Part shown: piece after piece, positions 58,145-64,000 of the stretch | Layout of the letters: each line of letters opens with the position of its first letter | Position numbering within the stretch: position 1 is the first letter of the stretch | Assembly (NCBI GenBank): GCA_029953675.1 | Contig: JAMWBK010000001.1 | Location: 124,001-188,000, forward strand | Direction: 5' to 3' | Length of the DNA stretch: 64,000 bases | From: Rhodosorus marinus CCMP1338 | Lineage: Eukaryota; Plantae; Rhodophyta | Program-made: the position numbers and the translations under genes | The notes under the pieces: model-generated | Seen by the model: only the letters and a program-made list of their open reading frames with translations | Told to the model about the DNA's origin: nothing | The model's database searches: none

Positions 58145-60982
58145 CTAGCCGAGTATGTCACGGTCCAAGAAGTTGTGGATGGCTTGATAACCGTCAAGTT
58201 CAAGCTGGCGAAAGAATGCATCGTGGTTGCTTCTCGAATCTATTAGAGCGTTTCGCACTTGAGACACTTTGTTCGCGGTGGTGGCGCACGTCGGACAGGT
58301 ATGAGCTGACAGGCACCGTTCATGGCATGAGTGCCCACAGCGGAAGAACACAGCCGGGGGTTTGGTCTGCGTATCACAGACCTCGCAGAGTCGAGGTTGG
58401 AACACCGTGGGTCCTTTCCTGAGTACTTCCAACTCGGCCTCCATCGATGCAAGCTGCTTCTCGAGCTGAGTTACGGCTTTGATCTCGTCCTCTGCCTTGC
58501 CCTGAAGGGATTTTAGCAAGCGCTCATAGTGCCTTCGAACTTTGGAGAACGGCATCTCCGGCCTTAACTTGCAGAGGAGATCAAAAATCTCGACCTCAGA
58601 CCCAGCACCAGCGCGAACAGCACTCTCAATTACCTCCTCGAGCTGAGTGCCCAGCACTTCCTCGTCGGGGAGCTCTGAGAGTAGCCTCAGCAGCTCCAGC
58701 CAGATCCCCGGAGTCCTGAGGCCGTGTCGCCTGCATGCGCTCAGCAGCACGTTTCGATCACCCTGTAAACGTAGCTGCCGACCAAGCCCTTCGTAGTCGT
58801 GCGCTTGTTCCAAGAGTATTCTTTCACAGGCATAGTGACCAAAGAGTTGTGCCATTCGCTCTGCGGCTTTCCGATCTACCTTCCACCGCGAGCTTCTAAG
58901 CAGCTGCGTCGCCCGTCCGTCGCTCCTGAAGAACCCAGACGAAAGTCCGTACTCTTCAGGCTGTCGCATGCTTTCGAGCTCCGTCCCCTTTGGCGACGTC
59001 GACAAGTCGAGGGAAACTTCGGCGAGACTCGAAACCTGATTCTGTGAGTCAACTACCATCAAAACCTCAAAGAGCCTCTCCCAGAGCCTTACAACTGCGT
59101 TTTGACCTTCACTCGCCTCTACAAAAGAACTGCTCACCAGCTGCTCGATCGTCACCTCCAGAAGCTTCGCATGCCAGACAGGAGCATCATGGAATACGCT
59201 ATCTCCTAACCTCTCTACGAAGGCAGGACCATCGTCCTTCCCGCGGATGGCAATGCTAAAAACGACATCGACGAAGTTCTCAGGCTCGACTTCTAACAGC
59301 CACCTCCCAACCTCTACAGCGATCTGCTCCGCAGTTTCCACTGACCTATCCCTCATCAGCTCCAGGACGCCCTCAACATCCTTCCGGTCCTCCGCCAGAA
59401 CGTGTGCTAGAACAATATCCAAATTCATACTCCTCGCAATACTCTCAGCCGCGTCCACCATTCCCGCCGAACGACATTCAATAGCGATCTTCTCAGCGAT
59501 AGACGGTGACATCTGCTCTACCAAACTCGGTAAGCTGTCTGGTATCGTTCCGACTGTCCCTCCTGGTACAGCTGCTGCTGTGGCATCCTTGTAGCAAGCA
59601 ACGAGTAACCTCATATGCTTATCTGTAGCGAATCCTTTGGAATGAAGAGCTTCGAGGTAGTTTCTGAGGGCACTCCTGGATCCGACCTGTTCTTTCAGCA
59701 GGAGGATGACCCTAGAGATGTCTGCCGTGTCGGATATCACCGAGATGAGGAGTTCTGCAGCCGCGTCATATTCTCCACGCGAGGCAAGGCTTTTGGAGTA
59801 GAGGCTGACTGCACGCTCGCGAAGCTTCGGGTTGTTCTTCTTCTCCCGCCGAGCGAGTAGAATTGCCAACGGAAATAGGCTTCTTTGCAGGAGCTGATCG
59901 AGCCTAGCTTCAGCAGGAATCAGAGACAGTTTCTGGACAGTCCCGTTTAGGGCGACGGTTGCGATGGAAGTTTCATTCAATCCGAAAAGTGCCACCGCAG
60001 GAGAGTGTTGCTCTGACCGGTGGGAGATCAACTGGATGCCAACATCGTAGCCCACCAGCTCAGTCCCTCGAGTTTCAGAGGTGCTGAGCACGAAAAGATG
60101 CGACCCAGCTGACGCAGTGTATGCCTTTTGTGAGGTCATAGCTAGGCATTTTCCGCGACCTTCCACGGAGTAGAACGAGATTGCATCACCTCTGACGACA
60201 GCCAACTCTCCCTCAAAGAAAGCTACTTGTGAGGGCCCTTCACATCCGATGCTGTCCAGCTCCTCCGATGTCATGTCTAGCTCTCCTTTGACGGAATTGT
60301 AATGAATTAGATAAACGCCGCTTCTATTCACAGCAACGGCAGCACCACCGGTTATCATTTCAACTGCGTGTATTTCAGATTCCCTTCCCACGCCGAGGTC
60401 ACCTGAAGACGGAGCATCTACATTCATCGATCGCACCGCTTCGCTCGCAACGCCTTCCTTATCAACTCTGAGGACGGCCACGTCGCCTCCGTGGAAACCA
60501 ATTGCTGCGAACCCATACCTCACAGATATACAAGTCGCTCTCCCTCTTCTTCCCAATCTGATAACGTCTTCCGAGCGCTGCTTATCGCTCTTTCCAACGG
60601 GCACCTTCCTAAGTGAACTTTGAGCCAGTCCATCGCGACCTGGGCTTCGATCCCATCCGAACGCCCATAGATCTCCCTTAGCCGTCAAAAACACGACGTG
60701 AGTCTCATGCTCATGAACTTTCAAGCTATCATGGCTGTAAAATCCGTCATCAAACAGCTCCACCTCCTTCGCGCTTCTGTTCACCACAGCAATCCATCCA
60801 CCGCCAGAGGATCGATAAGAATCATCCCGCTCCAGCAGCTGGGCCAACCGAAGGCCCAACCTTCGTGTTGTTGATAATCCCTTAGCGTCTTCGTTCGGTT
60901 CGCTGTCTAGTGAATTTCCACCAACCTCCTCCTCCACGAAGAATCTAAACAGCTTCCATCGACGAGCCATCACGGGACTCAA
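58145..60982 (-). CDS. VPS11: Vacuolar protein sorting 11 (HOPS/CORVET core), intronless, 945 aa
   Basis: N-terminal WKLFRFF; beta-propeller-like region; clathrin-repeat-like region (ALRNYLEALHSKGFATDKHMRLLVACY); coiled coil; RING CEVC..PPAVFFRCGHSCHERC..CPTC; Vps11_C-like FFRQLE..DGYQAI. Confidence 0.9.
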   Translation of the reverse strand: MSPVMARRWKLFRFFVEEEVGGNSLDSEPNEDAKGLSTTRRLGLRLAQLLERDDSYRSSGGGWIAVVNRSAKEVELFDDGFYSHDSLKVHEHETHVVFLTAKGDLWAFGWDRSPGRDGLAQSSLRKVPVGKSDKQRSEDVIRLGRRGRATCISVRYGFAAIGFHGGDVAVLRVDKEGVASEAVRSMNVDAPSSGDLGVGRESEIHAVEMITGGAAVAVNRSGVYLIHYNSVKGELDMTSEELDSIGCEGPSQVAFFEGELAVVRGDAISFYSVEGRGKCLAMTSQKAYTASAGSHLFVLSTSETRGTELVGYDVGIQLISHRSEQHSPAVALFGLNETSIATVALNGTVQKLSLIPAEARLDQLLQRSLFPLAILLARREKKNNPKLRERAVSLYSKSLASRGEYDAAAELLISVISDTADISRVILLLKEQVGSRSALRNYLEALHSKGFATDKHMRLLVACYKDATAAAVPGGTVGTIPDSLPSLVEQMSPSIAEKIAIECRSAGMVDAAESIARSMNLDIVLAHVLAEDRKDVEGVLELMRDRSVETAEQIAVEVGRWLLEVEPENFVDVVFSIAIRGKDDGPAFVERLGDSVFHDAPVWHAKLLEVTIEQLVSSSFVEASEGQNAVVRLWERLFEVLMVVDSQNQVSSLAEVSLDLSTSPKGTELESMRQPEEYGLSSGFFRSDGRATQLLRSSRWKVDRKAAERMAQLFGHYACERILLEQAHDYEGLGRQLRLQGDRNVLLSACRRHGLRTPGIWLELLRLLSELPDEEVLGTQLEEVIESAVRAGAGSEVEIFDLLCKLRPEMPFSKVRRHYERLLKSLQGKAEDEIKAVTQLEKQLASMEAELEVLRKGPTVFQPRLCEVCDTQTKPPAVFFRCGHSCHERCLSAHTCPTCATTANKVSQVRNALIDSRSNHDAFFRQLELDGYQAIHNFLDRDILG

Positions 60983-61759
60983 TCACGCCTCCCCGCCACG
61001 TTCACCCTCTCAAATCCATACAGTCGAACGCTGAATCTCGTTCTATCCTCATCTTTCTTAGACATACAGAACCACACAGTATTTGTGCTCTCGGAATGAA
61101 GTAGTCCTTCATAGAAAAAGAAAATTTCCAATCGCAACTCCAGCTAACAAGCATCCACCCACCCGAATCCATTCCAACGTCTTTCACACTACAGCATCCG
61201 TTTCGCAGTGCACTCCATTCCTGAAACACCAAACCCAGGTATCTAAAAAAGACTAACTACTTGTTTAAATTTATGAAATTAATACTTTAAACCAATTAAT
61301 TTTGCAATGATGATGTACTTACAAATAATAATTTGACGCGTGTATATTCAGTCAGTATTGATCACGGAGGTGGGACCCTGGAATGCTTGTTGGTCTTCCT
61401 CCGGTGTGTGGTTTATGGATGGCCGATCTCTGGTTTCTGGTTATTCATCTATTGCCGAGCTTAATCGCATTTTCCGTTGAGTTTTGTCTCGAACTGGAGC
61501 TGGAGCTGGGTTGTGGGGGACACCCTTCGTTGGGATAGAGGATAGAATGGCTTCCCGGGGATTTCGACATGCGGGAGTCCGGATGATTGCTTAGCCGAGG
61601 ATGGCTGGCAGCTACCGACGATACGCACGAAATAAGGGATTCTTTTTATGAATGTCTGTTTTCTTAGTATTCCTGTCCGCTGACTAGAGCTTGTGGGGGT
61701 ACCCATTCGTTGGCAAGCCAGGGACACAAAGGTTTTCGGTTGATTCAAGGCGGTGTCAA

Positions 61760-63787
61760 TCAGGAGCCGATAACCTCCGTCACTCCATCCGAGCTCCAGC
61801 GTGTGTGGTACACCTTGTCAGTATCCAATCGCTTGTACGTATGAGCTCCAAAGTAGTCTCTCTGCGATTGTACAAGCTGGCTGCTAGGCAAGCGGCCTCT
61901 TCGGTATGAATCGTAGTAACTCAGAGACGCACTAAAGGCAGGCGCCGTGATCTAGAACGAAAGAAACATACACCTTAGGATCCAGTACACAATCATCATT
62001 TTGCTAAATTGCAACTCTCAAGCCAATTTGAGGGCCCGAAGTTCGTTCTTTTCTAGATACTCACCCCTTCCGAAACCGTCAAAGAAACTACGCGTCTCCA
62101 CCCCTCCTGGGCACTTTCCAGCTCCTTCGCGAACTGCTCGTCGATTAGAAGAGAGGAAAGCTCCGGGTTACGGCCGTAGGCCTCCTTTATCCGGTCCAGG
62201 AATTGAGCTCTGATAATACAGCCGCCCTTCCAGATTCTAGCAATCTCACCAAGGTTGAGATCCCAGTTGTTTTCAACTCCAGTCTGCTTGATGAGGTTCA
62301 TCCCCTGTGAAAATGAAATACCAACAAGAACACCACAAAAATCAAGAATCAGTCCACCTTCCTTGTTGTCCTGTGGGAAATAGAGACAATAAACAAGTTT
62401 GCCTCACCTGAGCATAAGAGCAAACCTTCGACGCGTAAAGTGCCTGCCGGACGTCCTCAACGAGTGCTTTTTGCTCACTAGTAATAGCTGGAGTTGGTCC
62501 TTTGAGAATCTGCGCACAGGAAAATGGGAAATTTTAAACGAAAACCAGACCGCTGCATTGGCACTTCAGTTTTCCAGGTTGGGTGAGGGGTTCTCACCTC
62601 TTCAGCTGCAACTCGCTCCTCCTTCAGCGAGGACAGGTAACGGGCATCAAGAGACGAGGCAATGGTTGGAGAGGGGACTCCTCGACGAACTGCCTCCTCC
62701 ATTGTCCACATTCCCGTTCCCTTCGCGCCGGTTTTGTCTAGCACTTTCTCGACAAGTACAGATCCGTCACCAGCTACATCATCCTTGATCGCCATAATGT
62801 TTGCCGTGATCTCAATAAGGAAACTCTTCAGGTCACCTTTGTTCCACTCGGTGAACACATCTGCAAGCTGATCTGGTGTCAAACCTCCAATTGTACGAAG
62901 AACATCATAAGCTTCGCCAATGAGCTGCATATCGCCATACTCAATCCCGTTGTGGATCATTTTGACGTAGTTGCCCGCACCGCCGGGACCAATGTGGAAG
63001 ACGCAAGGTCCGTCATCAACCTATAGCATTCCGTAAAACCCGAAAAAGCGAGCTCATCAACAAAGGCACTAGAATTCATTAGGTCCTAGACTTATACCAA
63101 ACAGCGGACCTGTGCGGCAATCTTCTTGAGGATAGGCGCTACAGATTGCCACGCTTCCTCAGGTCCACCAGGCATCAGCGATGGTCCAAATCTGGCCCCT
63201 TCCTCGCCTCCGCTCACCCCCATACCCATATACATGATTCCTTTCTTTGACAGTGCTTCGGAACGACGTTCAGTGTTCTCAAACCACTCATTCCCTCCAT
63301 CGATGATCATATCGCCTTCCTCCAACAAGGGCACGAGCGCTTCAATTGTCGCGTCTACTGGCGCTCCAGCCTTCACGAGCATGATAATACTGCGTGGGCG
63401 CTCTATGGATTCAACGAACTCCTTCATATCCTTGAAGCCGGAAAACAACGCCGGATCCTCCAGCTCCCCTTGCGCTCTCGCAACAGCGTCGTCAGTCTTG
63501 GAGCTCGACCTATTGAAAACTGATATCGAGAACCCTTTCTCCGCGATATTGAGGGCCAGATTCTGCCCCATAACAGCAAGTCCGACGAGGCCAATCTTCG
63601 ACAGCTCAACGGCGGAACTTCCAGAGCCTTTGTCGGGCTTAACTTCCATTCCAACCATCCGTACACTCGAGCTCCTCAATCTTCCCAGTCGTACGCCGCT
63701 ACCATGACTGCAGGCATGAGCATGACGGCTGTCAACATTCACAGGCTTGCCCAAGAAAACGCTCGTCCCTCCAAACACAAACGCCAT
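61760..63787 (-). CDS. gnd: 6-phosphogluconate dehydrogenase, decarboxylating, plastid-targeted, multi-exon
   Basis: Transit peptide MAFVFGG..; [73 protein letters not shown]; last exon [27 protein letters not shown] ends at TGA 61760-61762. Confidence 0.95.
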
Positions 63788-64000
63788 CCTGACTCTTCTT
63801 CCCCTAACAACCCCGGAATATCAAAAAACAAACCAATGAAGCGAACCTACATCACCAACACTCCTCCCCCTCCCTCCTCGATCTGCACTAGTCAGCCATT
63901 TTCGCATCGCTCTTATATACTCAACCCAGCTATCGCTTCACCCGTCAACGGATGAAAGAAAACTCTTTTCGCGGGTCACCTATCATGATGAAAGACGCTA

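Overview
Eukaryotic nuclear DNA, most likely a red alga (inference from MAFV-type plastid transit peptides, a nuclear-encoded plastid sigma factor, plant-type DGDG synthase and short GT-AG introns of roughly 40-175 nt). The left ~25 kb looks accessory. It has two near-identical intronless flavin monooxygenase genes exactly 6000 bp apart with a decayed Ty3/gypsy pol between them, two intronless NhaC-family transporter genes, many local tandem duplications and decayed coding remnants. The right ~39 kb is mostly housekeeping: DUF2470 plastid protein, WDR20/CreC-like WD40, plastid sigma factor, thiol/halide methyltransferase, DGD1, INTS11, CSE1, VPS11 and plastid 6-phosphogluconate dehydrogenase. 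It also contains a decayed CRE-like non-LTR retrotransposon and a selenocysteine tRNA gene (anticodon UCA, 52811-52897), neither visible in the ORF track. Exon boundaries were placed by eye from splice signals and frame continuity. Family assignments come from motifs I recognise, not from database searches.
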